Source: Camelus dromedarius (Eukaryota). Taken from it: 64,000 nucleotides of DNA. The stretch spans positions 21,206,001-21,270,000 of the forward strand of contig NC_087436.1 of assembly GCF_036321535.1 (NCBI RefSeq). The letters are read 5' to 3'. Both the position numbers and the translations under genes were made by a program. Below, one piece after another: positions 13,480 to 27,770 of this stretch. Each line of letters starts with the position of its first letter. The stretch's first letter is position 1. Under the pieces are notes generated by a model, which saw only the letters and a list, made by a program, of their open reading frames with translations, searched no databases and was not told the DNA's origin.

Positions 13480-14030
13480 CATGCTCTGTCTCCAGCACTG
13501 CACTCAAAGTGCTTGTGTTAATCGGTGATTTTCATGGAGCCAAATCAAATGGCTGCTTCTGTGGCTGCTTACCTTACTTTACCTCCCAGCAGGATTTCAC
13601 ACTATTGACCACTCCCTTTTTCCTGAAATACTCTTCATTTGTAAGACCACACGCTCCTGGTTTCCTTCCTGCTTTACTACCTGTTCTTTCTCAGTCTCCT
13701 TTGCTGACTCCTCATCCTTTGCTTGATCTCTACATGTGGGACGTAGTTATGTGACCAGTTTTCTTACTGCACATTCTCCCTAGATGCTCTCATCCATTTC
13801 CAGGACTTTATATACATCTGTATTGTGAGGACTTCCAAATATATATCTTGATCCTTTCTCTTCCCCTGAAATTTTATCATATTCAACAGCCTATTTGTCT
13901 TTTCTATGAGAATGTTTAGAACTCTAACTCAGACTTAACATGGCAATACAGAACTTCGTCCCCAGACCTAAAGTGCATCCCATCTCATAAATGACTCACA
14001 ATCCATCCAGTTAATCATACCTTATGTCTA
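13480..14030 (+). mobile_element. L2 LINE fragment (RT region)
   Basis: Pyrimidine-rich L2-like text (ttgaccactccctttttcctgaaatactcttc...ctcctggtttccttcct...gacttccaaatatatatct). Confidence 0.7.
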
Positions 14031-14059
14031 ATCTGCTGGGACCTCCTGTTGAAGCGACC

Positions 14060-15225
14060 CTAAATATATCCTGGGTTTTAAGAAATGTACTGCTGAGCAT
14101 TAGCAACTACCAGTTTTTTGAAGTGGTTGGACCAACTTATAGGCTCATTCATTATATGAGAATTCCAGGGATTCCACTTTTTCGCCAATACTTGATGTTG
14201 TCAATCTTTCTAATTTTAATCATTCTGATAAGTGTGTAATAAATCATTATGTGATCTTCATTTGTTGAAGTTGGGGACAATTTGGATATGTTGCTAATTT
14301 AAGTCTTCTGTCTATTTTTTTCTGTTGAATTACTTGCCCTTTATTGTTGATTTGTCAGAGTTTGTTATATGATTTGGAAATGAATTCTTATCAATTATGT
14401 GTTTTGCAAATATCTTCTCCCACTCTTGGCTTGTGTTCTCATTCTGGTAATGGTGTTTTGATAAACAGAGTTCCTAATTTTAATGTACTATGAGTTAACA
14501 ATTTTATTTTTCAATCTTTTTTTTAATACTTAGCAATATTTGAGTTCTATTTAACTTATAATGATCTAGTTCAATCACTTTTCATCTGAGTGAATTAAGA
14601 TTAACTTTCTAAAATTATTTGGGCAACTGGTGTCACCTCAAACCTTTGGACTCTAAATCTAGTGCTCTCCTCACTTTTAAAATTATTATTTCTCTCCTGG
14701 AGCTTATTAATACAGATTTTTAAATTTTCAACTTCATCAGTGATCACTAAAATTCTCCTAGAGTGTCGCCAACATGAGTTTTTATCTGTTTTTTGATGTT
14801 ATTTATTATAGTATAAATGATTCACATTACACTAAGTATCATGCTTGCTATGACTTTATGGAGTTGGGATTACAAAGAAAATCCCATTGGGCAATTACAG
14901 AACAAGGGTACCTACAGTAAAGTAGTACAGCTAGGATATTGACATTGATACGGTCAAGCTACAGAGTGTCTCCATCACCACAGGAGCATCTCATGACTTT
15001 TATATCATCCCTACCCCTTTCTGCCCCCAACTCTTCCTTATGCCCTGGCAACCAATAACTCTGTTTTACATTTCTATAGTTTTGTTATTTTAAGATTGTT
15101 ATATAAATGAAATCATACAGTATGTAACCCTCTGGGATTGGTTTATTTCACTCAGCATAATTCTTTGGAGATTCATCTAGGTTGTTATGTGTACCAATAA
15201 TTTGTTGCTTTTTATTGCTGAGAAT
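14060..15225 (-). mobile_element. Old L1M fragments, antisense
   Basis: ttgcaaatatcttctcccactc and tataaatgaaatcatacagtatgtaacc...ttcactcagcataatt are typical reverse-strand L1 3' sequences. Confidence 0.65.
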
Positions 15226-15929
15226 TCTCCTAATCATTTGTGACATGGTAGAAAAAAATGGCATTTATCAATAGGTGTCACACCTATTTAAGGAATCACA
15301 GATCAGTGATTTAGTGATACCATTTGTTGTATCTACTCCATGTAAATCTAAAAATCAGTGTTGAAGTTTTTTGGATGATTTTGGGATCACTATAGTAGAG
15401 GTGACATACAAAACAATGGAATTCTCTTGGTAACAATTAGTTAATAACTTTCCATATACATTTACAAAGTTGAAAATTTTAGAAAGTGTAGCTTTCTTTT
15501 CACATAATTGTCTCCTATTTTTAAGGGCTTTCATATACACACATACAATTACCAAACACTCAGGTTCACCACAAAGTCTGCTCATTTGCACTAGCCATGA
15601 TGGTATAAAATGTTTTACTGAAGTGATGTACTGAATGTCATGTGCTCTAGTCCCTTGGAGATTATCTGTTTGCATTTTTAAATGGTAATTTTATGCTGGA
15701 ATGCTCGGGCTGCCTCAGAATGCATACTTAGGTGTGTCTCCTGTCTTCCTCCATGTCAGCTAAATCCCAGACTCTGGCAGGGCTTGGATGGGCACAGTCT
15801 TCTCAGGATGGGTACAGCCTGAAATCTCATCCCAGGAAGGACCTAATAGCCTCGAAGAGCAAAAAAAAAAAAACCAGAGTCATAGGTCTGAATCCAAGTA
15901 GAGGAAGAGAGAAGGAGAAGAGCATTAGA

Positions 15930-18885
15930 TGACTCAACAGCAAAAAACAACAACCTGATTAAACAATGGGCAAAGGACCTGAATAGACATTTTTTCCAAT
16001 GAAGACATACAACAGGCACATGAAAAGATGCTCAGTGTCATTAATCATCAGAGAAATGCAAATCAAAACCTCAATGAGATATCACCTCATACTTGTCAGA
16101 AAGGCTATCATCAAGAAGACCACAAATAAAAAAGATTATACATCATGACCAAGTGGGGTTCATCCCAGGGACACAAGGCTGGTTCAACATACGCAAATCA
16201 ATCAGTGTAATACATCACATCAACAAGAGAAAGGACAAAAACTACATGATCATCTCAATTGATGCAGAAAAAGCATTTGATAAAATTCAACACCCATTTA
16301 TGATAAAAACTCTCGCCAAAGTGGGAATAGAGGGAACATATCTCAACATAATAAAAGCTATATATGACAAACCTACAGCCAGCATAGTACTCAACGGTGA
16401 AAAACTCAAAAGCTTCCCACTAAAATCTGGGACAAGACAAGGATGCCCACTATCACCACTCCCATTCAACATAGTCCTGGAAGTCCTAGCCACAGCAGTC
16501 AGGCAAGAGAAAGAAATAAAAGGGATCCAAATTGGAAAAGAAGAGGTAAAAGTGTCATTATATGCTGATGACATGTTACTATATATAGAAAACCCTAAAA
16601 GGTCCACACAAAAGCTACTAGAGCTGATTGAAGAATTCAGCAAGGTAGCAGGTTACAAAATTAACGTTCAAAAATCAGTTGCATTTCTTTACACTAATGA
16701 TAAATCAACAGAAGAAGAAAGTAAAGAAACAATCCCCTTTAAAATAGCACCCAAAGTAATAAAATATCTGGGAATAAATCTAACCAAGGAGGTGAAAGAA
16801 TTATACACAGAAAACTATAAACCATTGATGAAGGAAATTAAAGAAGACTTTAAAAAATGGAAAGATATTCCATGCTCTTGGATTGGAAGAATCAATATAG
16901 TTAAAATGGTCACACTGCCCAAGGCAATCTACAGATTTAATGCAATCCCTATCCAATTACCCAGGACATATTTCACAGAACTAGAAAAAATCATAATAAA
17001 ATTCATATGGAACCATCAAAGACCTAGAATTGCCAAAGCATTACTGAAGAGAAAGAAAGAGGCTGGACGAATAACTCTCCCAGACTTCAGACAATACTAT
17101 AGAGCTACAGTCATCAAGACAGCATGGTATTGGTACCAAAACAGACATATAGACCAATGGAACAGAATAGAGAGCCCAGAAATGAACCCACAAACTTTTG
17201 GTCAACTCATCTTTGACAAAGGAGGCAAGAATATACATTGGAATAAAGACAGTCTCTTCAGCAAATGATGTTGGGAAAACTGGACAGCAGCATGTAAAAC
17301 AATGAAGCTAGAACACTCCCTTACACCATATACAAAAATCATCTCAAAATGGATTAAAGACTTAAACATAAGACAAGATACAATAAACCTCCTAGAGGAA
17401 AACATAGGCAAAACATTATCTGACATACATCTCAAAAATTTTCTCCTAGAAGAAATAAAAGCAAGAATAAACAAATGGGACCTAATGAAACGTACAAGCT
17501 TCTGCACAGCAAAGGAAACCAGAAGTAAAACAAGAAGAAAACCTACAGAATGGGAGAAAATTTTTGCAAGTGAAACTGACAAAGGCTTGATCTCCAGAAT
17601 ATATAAGCAGCTCATACGACTCAATAAGAAAAAAATAAACAACCCAATCCAAAAATGGGCAGAAGACCTAAACAAGCAATTCTCCAAGGAAGACATACAA
17701 ATGATCAAAAAGCACATGAAAAAATGCTCAGTATCACTAATTATCAGAGAAATGCAAATCAAAACTACAATGAGGTATCACCTCACACCAGTCAGAATGG
17801 CCATCATTCAAAAATCCACAAATGACAAATGCTGGAGAGGCTGTGGAGAAAGGGGAACCCTCCTACACTGCTGGTGGGAATGCAGTTTGGTGCAGCCACT
17901 ATGGAAAACAGTGTGGAGATTCCTCAAAAGACTAGGAATAGACTTACCATATGACCCAGGAATCCCACTCCTGGGCTTGTATCCAGAAGGAAATCTACTT
18001 CAGGATGACACCTGTACCCCAATGTTCATAGCAGCACTATTTACAATAGCCAAAACATGGAAACAGCCTAAATGTCCATCAACAGGTGACTGGATAAAGA
18101 AGCTGTGGTATATTTATACAATGGAATACTACTCAGCCATAAAAACCAACAACATAATGCCATTTGCAGCAACATGGATGCTCCTGGAGAATGTCATTCT
18201 AAGTGAAGTAAGCCAGAAAGAGAAAGAAAAATACCATATGAGATCGCTCATATGTGGAATCTAAAAAACAAAAACAAAAACAAACAAACAAAAACAAAGC
18301 GTAAATAAAGGACAGAAATAGACGCACAGACAGAGAATACAGACTTGTGGTTACCAGGGGGGTGGAGGGTGGGAAGGGATAGACTGGGATTTCAAAATTG
18401 TAGAATAGACTACACTGTATAGCACAGGGAAATATACACAAAATGTTATGATAACTCACAGAGAAAAAAATGTGACAATGAGTGTGTATATGTCCATGAA
18501 TAACTGAAAAATTGTGCTGAACACTGGAATTTGACACAACATTGTAAAATGATTATAAATCAATAAAAAATGTTAAAAAAAAAAAAAAGAAGACCACAAA
18601 TAACAAATGTTGGTGAGGCTGTGGAGAAAAGAGAACTCTCATGCATTGTTGGTGGGAATGTAAATTGGTGCAGCCATTATAGAAAACAGTATGGAAGTTT
18701 CTCAAAAAATGAAAAATAGAACTACCATATGACCCAGCAATTCTACTCTTGGGTATATATCCAAAAAACACCAAAAACTCCAATTCAGAAAGACACATGC
18801 ACCCCAATGTTCATAGCAGCATTATTTACAATTGCCAAAATATGGAAGCAACCTAAGTGTCCATCAACAGATGAATAGATAAAGA

Positions 18886-18919
<34 letters not shown>

Positions 18920-19378
18920 ATATATACATCAGAATGGAATACTACTCAGCCATAAAAAATAATGAAGTTCTGCCATTTAGAACAACTTGGATAGATGTGG
19001 AAGGTATTATGCTAAGTGAAATAAGCCAGACAGAGAAAGACAAATACTGTATGATATCACTTATATGTGGAATCTAAAAAATAGAACAAACTAGTGAATA
19101 TAACAAAAAAAGAGACTCACAGATATAGAGAACATACTGGTGGTTACCAGTGGGGAGACGCAGGGGCAGGGGCAGTTTAGGAGTAGGGGATTAAGAGGTA
19201 CAAACTATTATGTATAAAATAAATAAGCAATGAAGACATACTGTACAGCACAGGGAATATAGCCAATATTTTATAACTATAAATGGAGTATAACCTTTAA
19301 AAGTTTTGAATCACTATGTTGTACACCTGAAATGTATATAATATTGTAAATCAACCATACCGCAATAAAAACAAACAA
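15930..19378 (+). mobile_element. Older L1 3' portion, split by the young L1 (pieces about 15930-16129 and 18587-19378)
   Basis: The ORF2 C-terminal sequence continues across the insertion (...ggctatcatcaagaagaccacaaataa|caaatgttggtgaggctgtggagaaaa...). It has its own 3'UTR ending caataaaaacaaacaaac and contains (CA)n at 18888-18917. Confidence 0.88.
16130..18586 (+). mobile_element. Young 5'-truncated L1: ORF2 RT domain to C-terminus, 3'UTR and poly(A)
   Basis: About 710 codons in one frame ([30 protein letters not shown]) ending at 18264, with one internal TGA at 17266-17268. A perfect 17-bp TSD AAGAAGACCACAAATAA lies at 16113-16129 and 18587-18603. Confidence 0.97.
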
Positions 19379-19949
19379 ACCTAAGGGCACCTGAAAGGCT
19401 GAGAGGAGCCCTAACCAGTGCAGGAGGAGCCAGGAGATCCCCAGCAGGGATCCAGTTGAGAAGAGACAGAGGAGTCAGTGAAGGCAGGAGCAGAAGAGAA
19501 GAGAATGAACTTAAGAAACTGAGAGGAACATTTATTGTATGAGTAGAGAAAAAAGACTGAGGGTTATAAAAAGGAATTGATAAGAATTCTTCATGATTAA
19601 AGTATATCACAAAACATGCATTGGTAAGGATGAGCGCGCCAGTCCCACATTTCTCTTCCTGAGAGTACTCCCGGTCTCCACCACCTCCCCAGCCATCAGT
19701 CTTACCTCTCCTGTGCTGCCTGGCCCTCTCTCCAACTTTTTTCTGTTTTCTCTCTGATCCGTCTTCCTCCAGCTATAAACACAGGGAGTTAGAGCAGATC
19801 TTAGTCACACATTCCTTAAAAGTGGAGTAAAACTAACTCAGATATTACCAGAAATCTTCAAAAAACTGGTTTATCCCATCCAATATGGAACATGATTATA
19901 AACTTTATTAATAGTAAGAATTAAGTAAAATTCTGCCAATTGTTCGTTT

Positions 19950-20690
19950 GGTGAATTGGTCTGATTCTGCAAGATCTAGGGTAGGAACTTGGCAGTGCGT
20001 GGCTGAAGCTGTTGGAGAAAAAGGTCACTGGAGTTCAGGGAGCTGAGGGAAGCCAGTGTTCTGTATGCACCACTCAGGAGGAGATTAAAGTTACCCAGAG
20101 CACTGAAAGGGACAGAGAAGGAGTGAGAACAGTGATCCATGGAGGGGAGGATGAGAGGGAGTGGGCACTGCCTGGGAAGGGGTGACCGGCAGTCAGTTGA
20201 TCACAGCAACAAGCAGAGTGTTGTCTTCACCTCAGTTGCTCTGGATGTGGAAGGAGGAGGGAGGCTTGTGTGAGGCAGCATTGGAGAGGAAGGGGACTCA
20301 CTTCCTGACCCCAGGGCCTGGGGTGTGACAGGAAAGAGTTCCACTTGAAAGAGCTGGGGAAGTGATTTCCTCAGTGGCGCCCACATTCCATCAAGGCAAA
20401 TTGAGTGCAAAGTGGAGACGAACTTTTTCATAGAACCAGAGGAAAGCCTTGGTGAAGGGAAAGGGGTGGGAGACTGTGGGAGACGAAGGGATGATCGTTT
20501 TGGGCTGAAGAACCAGAGTTGATAGTGAAAGGGATTCGGTGAATGTTGGGGTGACTGGGGATGCGAGGAGCCCCCTGGTGCGGTGGCTGCCACTGCGGTT
20601 GGAGTGGTGTAGGCAATGAGCAAAGTGAAGTCCTGAGGAAGGCAATTCCTTCCTCCTCTTGTAAGCCTTCGAGTGAGCATTTCAGCTCGC
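19950..20690 (-). mobile_element. Probable L2 fragment (endonuclease region)
   Basis: Purine-rich plus strand whose reverse complement resembles the recalled L2 consensus (cttccccagctctttcaagtgg...cacacccc). Confidence 0.45.
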
Positions 20691-20734
20691 AGTTTCCGTC
20701 TTTACAACTATAAAAGAAGGACAACTGAATGTTG

Positions 20735-21225
20735 GTAGCAACGTTATTCACAACAATCAGAGTGGAAACCAAATGCCCATCAGCTGATGAATGGATACTT
20801 CAACATGGGGCATCCCTGAAATGAGTACTATTCAGCTGTAAGTAGGAATGGAGTACTGATACATGCTCCAGCATGGATGAACCCTGAACACACTAAGCCA
20901 GGTGAAAGAAGAAGGTCACAGAAGACCACACAGACAACTGTATGATTCCATTTATAGCAAATGTCTAGAAAAGGGAACTGTACAGAGAAAAAGTAGATTA
21001 GTGGTTGCCTGGGGCTTGCAGGTGGGGTTGGAGAAATGGGTAGTGACCGCTGACAGGGAAGACATTTCTCTTTGGAGTGATGAAAATGTTCTAAAATAAA
21101 TTATGACAAAAAATAAAATAAAATAAATTATGGTGATGGTTGCCCAATGTTGAATATACTAAAAAATTGTCGAGTTGTACCCTTTAAATGGGTGAGTTAC
21201 ATGGTATGTTAATTATATCTAAATA
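20735..21225 (+). mobile_element. Old L1 3' end (L1MB-like)
   Basis: ccaaatgcccatcagctgatgaatggata...tgtatgattccatttata...gtgatgaaaatgttctaaaa. Confidence 0.8.
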
Positions 21226-21944
21226 GAAAAGGAGGGCAATAACTCCTGTTCTAATCAAACAAAATATGGATGTGAGAATTCTTTGGAGACAAAAAGCACA
21301 ATATACAATGAGATCCCTAAGGCAAGTGTGGGGACACATTCATTAAGGGATTAAAGAAAAAGGCTAATATTTGGGGGCTGGTCATAACTGAAAAATTGAA
21401 GGTATGGTGACAGATATGGCTTCAAGAAACTTTTACAATTGGAATTCCGTGAAAGAATAGTCGTGAAAATTTATTCCACTGTTCGATAGGACTTGCCTTG
21501 CAGATTCAGTTTTATGCACAAGGGGGCGATGTCCACCAAATAACAAACGTTCATAGCTGCTGGAAATACGCAAAAATCTCAGGGAAAAAGATAAGTATCA
21601 TAAAAAACAACTGAAATTTATGAGTCCCCTTAGTATATATGAATTTGATTATGAGAGGACAATATTTGGAAAGAAAATATGAAAGGGATACTTTTTGGTG
21701 TATAATATTTTATGCTTTTTGTGTTTTGAATTGTCATTGTGTTACTCAAAATATTACAGAGAAAAAATACTTTATAAGGAAAATTATTTTGTGTTCTTGT
21801 TTCAGATTAAAATATTAATTTGATAAAAAAGATTTGAGGAATATATGCAAATATATAGACATTATTAAAAATATTTTTAAATGATTGCAAATTCATTTAA
21901 ATGTTTATGTTTATTAATATGTTTAAAAAACATATTCTAATAAA

Positions 21945-22860
21945 CTTTCACCATTGAGTATAATGTTAGTTGTGAGTGTGTCATAAATGGCCTTTATTAT
22001 GTTGAGGTATGTCCCCTCTATACCCACTTTGTTGAGAGTTTTTATAAATGGATGTTGAATTTTGTAAAAAGGCGTTTTCTGCATCTACTGAGATGATCAT
22101 GTGATTTTTATTCTTCAATTTGTTAGTTTGGAGTTATCACATTGACTGATTTGCAGATACTGAACCATTCTTGCATCTCTGGGATAAATGACACTTGCCC
22201 ATGTTATATGATCTTTTTAATGTACTGTTGAATTCATTTGCTAATACTTTGTTGAGAATTTTTGGATCTATGTTCATCAGTGATATTGGCCTGTAATTTT
22301 CTTTTTTTGTTGGTGTCTTTGGTTTTGGTATCAGAATGATGCTGGCCTCATGTAATATGTTCACAAGTGTTCCTCTTAAATTTTTTGGAATGTTTTGAGA
22401 AGGATAGGTATTAACGCTTCTTTAAACATTTGGTAGAATTCACCTGTGAAGCCATCTGGTCCTGGACTTTTGTTTGTTGGAATTTTTTTTTTTTTTATTA
22501 CTACTGATTCAGTTTCATTACTGGTAATTAATCTGTTCATATTTTGTATTTCTTCCGGATTTACTCTTGGGAAATTGTACATTTCTAGAAATTTATCCAT
22601 TTCTTCTAGGTTGTCCATTTTATTGGCATATAATTGTTTGCAGTAATCTCTTACGAGCCTTTGTATCTCTGTCAGTTGTAAGTTCTCTTCTTTCATTTCT
22701 GATTTTATTTGTGTGAGTCCAGTCTCTTTTTTTCTGGATGACTCTGGCTAAAGGTTTATCAATTTTGTTTATCTTTGTAAAGAAACAGTTCTTAGTTTCA
22801 TTGATCTTTTCTAACTTATTTTTAGTTTCTATTTCATTTATTTCTTCTCTGATTCTTTTC
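21945..22860 (-). mobile_element. L1 ORF2 internal fragment (EN-RT linker / Z domain), frameshifted
   Basis: Peptides KINKIDKPLAR, NKSPGPDGFTGEFYQ and [12 protein letters not shown] across three frames. Confidence 0.92.
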
Positions 22861-23912
22861 ATATTCCTTTTTCTCTTATAAATTAAGCTGTCATAAACAC
22901 TTTTGTTTGTATATCTTGGTACACATGCATGGGTTTCAGTTGGACCTATACTCAGAAATATAATTATTGTGCCAGAGAATGCATATGTCCAACTTTCATA
23001 AATAATGACAGTCTTTCAGAGTTGTACCAATTTGAACTCCCACTGACACTGTATGAGAATAACACTTCCTTGTCAGCATTGGGTATTGGCAGCCCTTTTA
23101 ATCTGAATCGTTCTAGTGAATGTACAGTAATATGACACTGTGGTTTTAATTTGCATTTTCCCATTACAAGAAAGGTTGATTCATTTCATTTATTTGAGTC
23201 TTTTTATATGTTTTTGTGAAAATTCTGTTCATTTCTCTTGTTTTCCCCTTCCCCCTTTTTGGATTACTTTATTTTTCTTACTGATCTGTAGGAGTACTAG
23301 TTGCATTTAGGTTATGAGTCCATTGCTGGCTATACGGGTTACAAATATAAGCCTCCACGGATTTTGCCTTTGACTCTTACTCGTGTCTATTGATGAAAAG
23401 ATGGTCTTAATTTTGACATAATACAATGTATCAGTCTTCTTTTTTGGTTAATCCTTTTTTTTTCCTCTTTAAGAAAGTTTTTTTTTTAATCCAAATCATG
23501 ATGAAATTATCCTATATCAACTTTGTTATTGTTTTGCTGTCCACAGTTTACAGGGAATTGATACTTGCTTATGTTGTGAGCTAGAGATCAATTTTCTTCT
23601 TTTATTTACATGGAAATCCAATTTGTCTATCACCATTTATTGAAAATAACATTATTTTTCCACTGCTCTGCAGAGCTGCCCTGTCATAAATCAAGTATCC
23701 ATATATATGTTGTTCTGTTTCTGGGCTCTCTCGAGTTTCGTTGGTGTATTTTTATTTCCTTGTGCCAAGATTACGCTGCATTAATTGCTATATTATCATA
23801 ATAAACCACATCTTAGAGTACATCTTCCACATTATTTTTTTCAAGAGTGTTTTGGCTGTTCTTGGCTCTTTGAACTATAAATATTTAAGAATCACCTTCT
23901 CAGGTCCATTAA

Positions 23913-24285
<373 letters not shown>

Positions 24286-24441
24286 AAAAAATCCCTCTTG
24301 GAATTTTTAATGAGATTGCATCGAATTTAAAGACTAATTTTGGGAAAAACTGACATCTTTATGCCCTGAATTACCCAATCCATGCACACTGTATATCATT
24401 CCTCTTTTTATTTTGGTTTTCTTTACTCTTAATGTTTTATT

Positions 24442-24605
24442 ATTTATTTATTTATTTATTTATTTTCATCTTTATTTATTTATTTTGGTGGGGGGAGATA
24501 ATCGGGTTTATATATTTATTTGTTAATGGAGGTACTGGGGATTGAACCCAGGACCTTCTGCTTGCTAAGCACACACTCTGCCACTGAGCTATTCCCACCC
24601 CCTAT
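24442..24605 (-). mobile_element. tRNA-derived SINE (Vic-1-like), long-tail form
   Basis: B-box GGTTCAATCC on the minus strand, a (TTTA)n tail, and a 15-bp TSD TCTTAATGTTTTATT at 24427-24441 and 24606-24620. Confidence 0.88.
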
Positions 24606-26879
24606 TCTTAATGTTTTATTGTAGAAGTTTTGCACATTCTATTTGAAATGAATTCTTATTTGATATTTTTGATACTATCATAATCTTCATCTTTTAAAAA
24701 ACTCATAATTGAACAGCTTGCTGTGGGTTTATAAAAATACAATTAATTTTTGCCTATTGACCTGGTTTCTAGCAATCTTTTACCTTTAGATTTGGTTGGA
24801 TTTTCTACATACACAACTATATCACTGTGAATAACAGCAGTTTTATTTGTTTCGTCCAAATCTCATACTTCCTACTGGCAGGGTACCTCAGTGCAGTAAT
24901 GAACAGAAGTGGTAATAGTGGACATACCAGCCTTGTTTTAGGTCTCAAAGAGAAAGTTAAATATTTCACCAATATTTCAGTATGATGATGGTTGATGGAT
25001 TTTTAAAATAGATATTCTTTTCTCTGGAACACATTTCCTTTTTACTCCACGCTGCTAAGTGTTTTGTTTTCTAAATCATGCATAGACGTTGAAATTTATC
25101 AGCCAGTTTTCTGCATTAATTGAAATTACTAATATTTTCCCATTTATTTTATTGATACGGTGTATTACCTTGAACTCATGTAGGACTGGCATTATTTCTT
25201 TCTTACTTAATTGGCAATATTTATTGACGATTTTGTCTGAGCCCCGAATTCTCTTTGTAAAAAGAGTTTTAATTACAAAATTCATTTTTGTTGTTATAGG
25301 ATGATTCAGATTTTCTTTTCTCAGTTGTAGTAAATTGTTTTCTATAGCAATGTGTTCATTTTATATAATTTTCAAATTTGTTTGCCTCAGATTGTCCATA
25401 ATATCTCTTTTATTATCATTGTAATGTCTGTAATATCTGTAGTGATATCCTGCTGTTTTGGTCCTGTTAGTAACATATAACATAGGATTATACTATATTT
25501 AGTTATATAGCCTTAATTTTTACATAGCAGTATATCTTGAAAAACCATTCATGACATCAAATATTCTTTTATCACAACAGTTAGGACTTTTTACAGTTAG
25601 CAGAACCTATTGTTCAAATAAATCTTACGTCAATGTGGAAACAGAAAAAGTGGAGGCATCATAATTAAACCAAGGTGAAAGGGTGCTGGATCTCCCAAAC
25701 TTGGCTTTCGTTTTTTTTTCAGAAGTCTCTCTTGCTAGAGAAACACACTCGCAGATTATTGTTCTATATTATAAATGGCTATATACGTGTGTGTACAATT
25801 TAACCAGCCCTCCATTGTTGCCTACACTTGTAAACTCCTTGGAGAGAAATGATTGTGCACATGTTTGATTAATTCCTTGAAATTCAATTGCTTGGTTAAT
25901 GGTTAAGCATAGTTTTAAGACTTTAAAATTGTAATAATAAACTGCTCTTTAAAAAAAAATTGTATCAATTTATGGTCCCAGGGGTAGCACATGCTAGTGT
26001 TCCACTCCCCACACCTGTATCCAAACTGGATATTATTATTGGTTATTTTAAAATATTTGAAGGACTACAATGCAGTCTTTAAAGATGACAATTCAGATAG
26101 ATGTTTAAGAGCTGGGAAGATGTTTCTGACAGCAGTCAAAGCAAAAAGCAGCACATTTGCAGGCAAAGAAAGGGAAGTAACACAGTTTGTTTTTCCTCTT
26201 CTCCCCCCATTTTTCTTTAAACATACAGTTTTGCAATATGAGAATAAGAAAAGAAAAAAAAAAAACTATTCCGGAATGCAAGAGGCAGAAAATTGGCCCC
26301 TGTGTCTATTTTCAACAGAGGTAAGCCATTCTAGTAATTTGAAAAGGAACATTAAAGTAATTCCAAAAGGAATGTAGAAGATAGAGTTTACAATTACTGT
26401 GTGTAGGGCCTTAGGCATGATTCTCAGAACAATGCCATGGAATGGCCAGACATGGAAACGATCAGGAATCTGGGTTCAGGAAACCAACTCACTAGTGGTG
26501 GAGTCCAGGATCACATGTCTATGGCGCCACGCGGGTGCAGGAAGCTGCCATGACAGATGGTGTCTCCAAGAATACACCATCTTAGCGGTCGACCAAGGAT
26601 CAGGAACCCGTTGCTTCATCTACTAGATTTATCAACACTGATGCTTTGCAGAGCTCTGCCTCCCTCTCCACTGAACTGTTTCTGAATTTAAGTGAATGTG
26701 ACTGGTGGAAAGTTGACGGCAGAGCCCTAGATGCAAGGATGTCTGGGAAATGTAGTTTTTATCCTTACAGCTTCTGAAATACAGGATGGCACTTTAGTTC
26801 TAGAGTTTGGATCAGCTGTTAAGCAATCCAGTCTTTCCCAGACCCTACATTTTCTCATGGTAATAAATATGAAGACTGT

Positions 26880-27310
26880 GAAGGATTTTCTTTGCTTTAC
26901 CTGATCTGCCTTCTGCCATCCTCTGCCTTGCCCAGTGCCCGAGAGGATGACCTCCATGTATTACATGTCCTGGGTTATTTCTGGCTGCTGGTGGCTCTCA
27001 GCCAATGGCAAGTCACAGAAGAGGTAACCTGACTCCCTCCCTGCTGGCCTGCATTTGGCGGTGGTTGTGTCCTTCTACAGAAGTCCGAAGTGTCTGCTGG
27101 TGGACAGCTCTTGTTGGGTGTCAGTAACGGCACCCTCCACTTGCCCACTTAGTTCTAAAAGTGGTAATGACTTCTTACTGTTGCTAAGGGTTTTAATCAC
27201 CCCTTGTTAGTTCCCTTAACCCAATCCATAGATACGCAATAGTTCCTTCATTTAACTCTCATCAGTTACTCCTTTGAGTGGGACATCTTTTCCTGCCAGG
27301 AATGTGACTG
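26880..27310. mobile_element. Ancient ERVL-class LTR (LTR33-like)
   Basis: Resembles the recalled consensus and is degenerate. Confidence 0.4.
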
Positions 27311-27386
27311 ATGCTGTGATGCATAAGACTTAGTTTTTATTCTAAGCTGCATACAGCTGGGTAGATGAGATAAACATAGCCATCTA

Positions 27387-27770
27387 TTATGGACTGAACT
27401 CTGTCCACCCAAAATTTGTCTTGAAGACCTAAACCCCAGTACCTCAGACTATGACTGTTTTTGGAGATAGGGCCTTTAAAGAGGAAATTAAGGTTAAATG
27501 GGGTCATAAAGGTGGGGGTCTAATTCAACATGGTTGGTGTCCTTATACGAAGAGAAAGTGACACTAGGGCTCACGTGTCCAGGAAAAGGCCAAGTGAGGA
27601 TACATTGAGGCCACATCTACAAGCCAAGGAAAGAGGTTTCAGAAGAAACAAAATCTGCCTACACCTTGATCTTGGACTTCCAGCCTCCAGAACTGTGAAA
27701 AAATGAATCTGTTGTTTAAGCCACCCAGTCTGTGGTACTTAGTGATTGCAGCCCAGGCAACCAATATACC
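27387..27770 (+). mobile_element. MaLR solo LTR (MLT1A/B-like)
   Basis: tatggactgaac...ttggagatagggcctttaaagagg...caccttgatcttggacttccagcctccagaactgtga. Confidence 0.85.

Noticed and set aside
16093..17268. 391-aa ORF as a standalone reverse transcriptase gene or novel RT system
   Set aside because: It is L1 ORF2. Its first residues come from the older host L1 and the TSD, so the start is a junction artefact.
16287..18807. Antisense ORFs over the L1 (118, 65, 186, 112 and 84 aa)
   Set aside because: These are typical reverse-frame shadows of L1 sequence.
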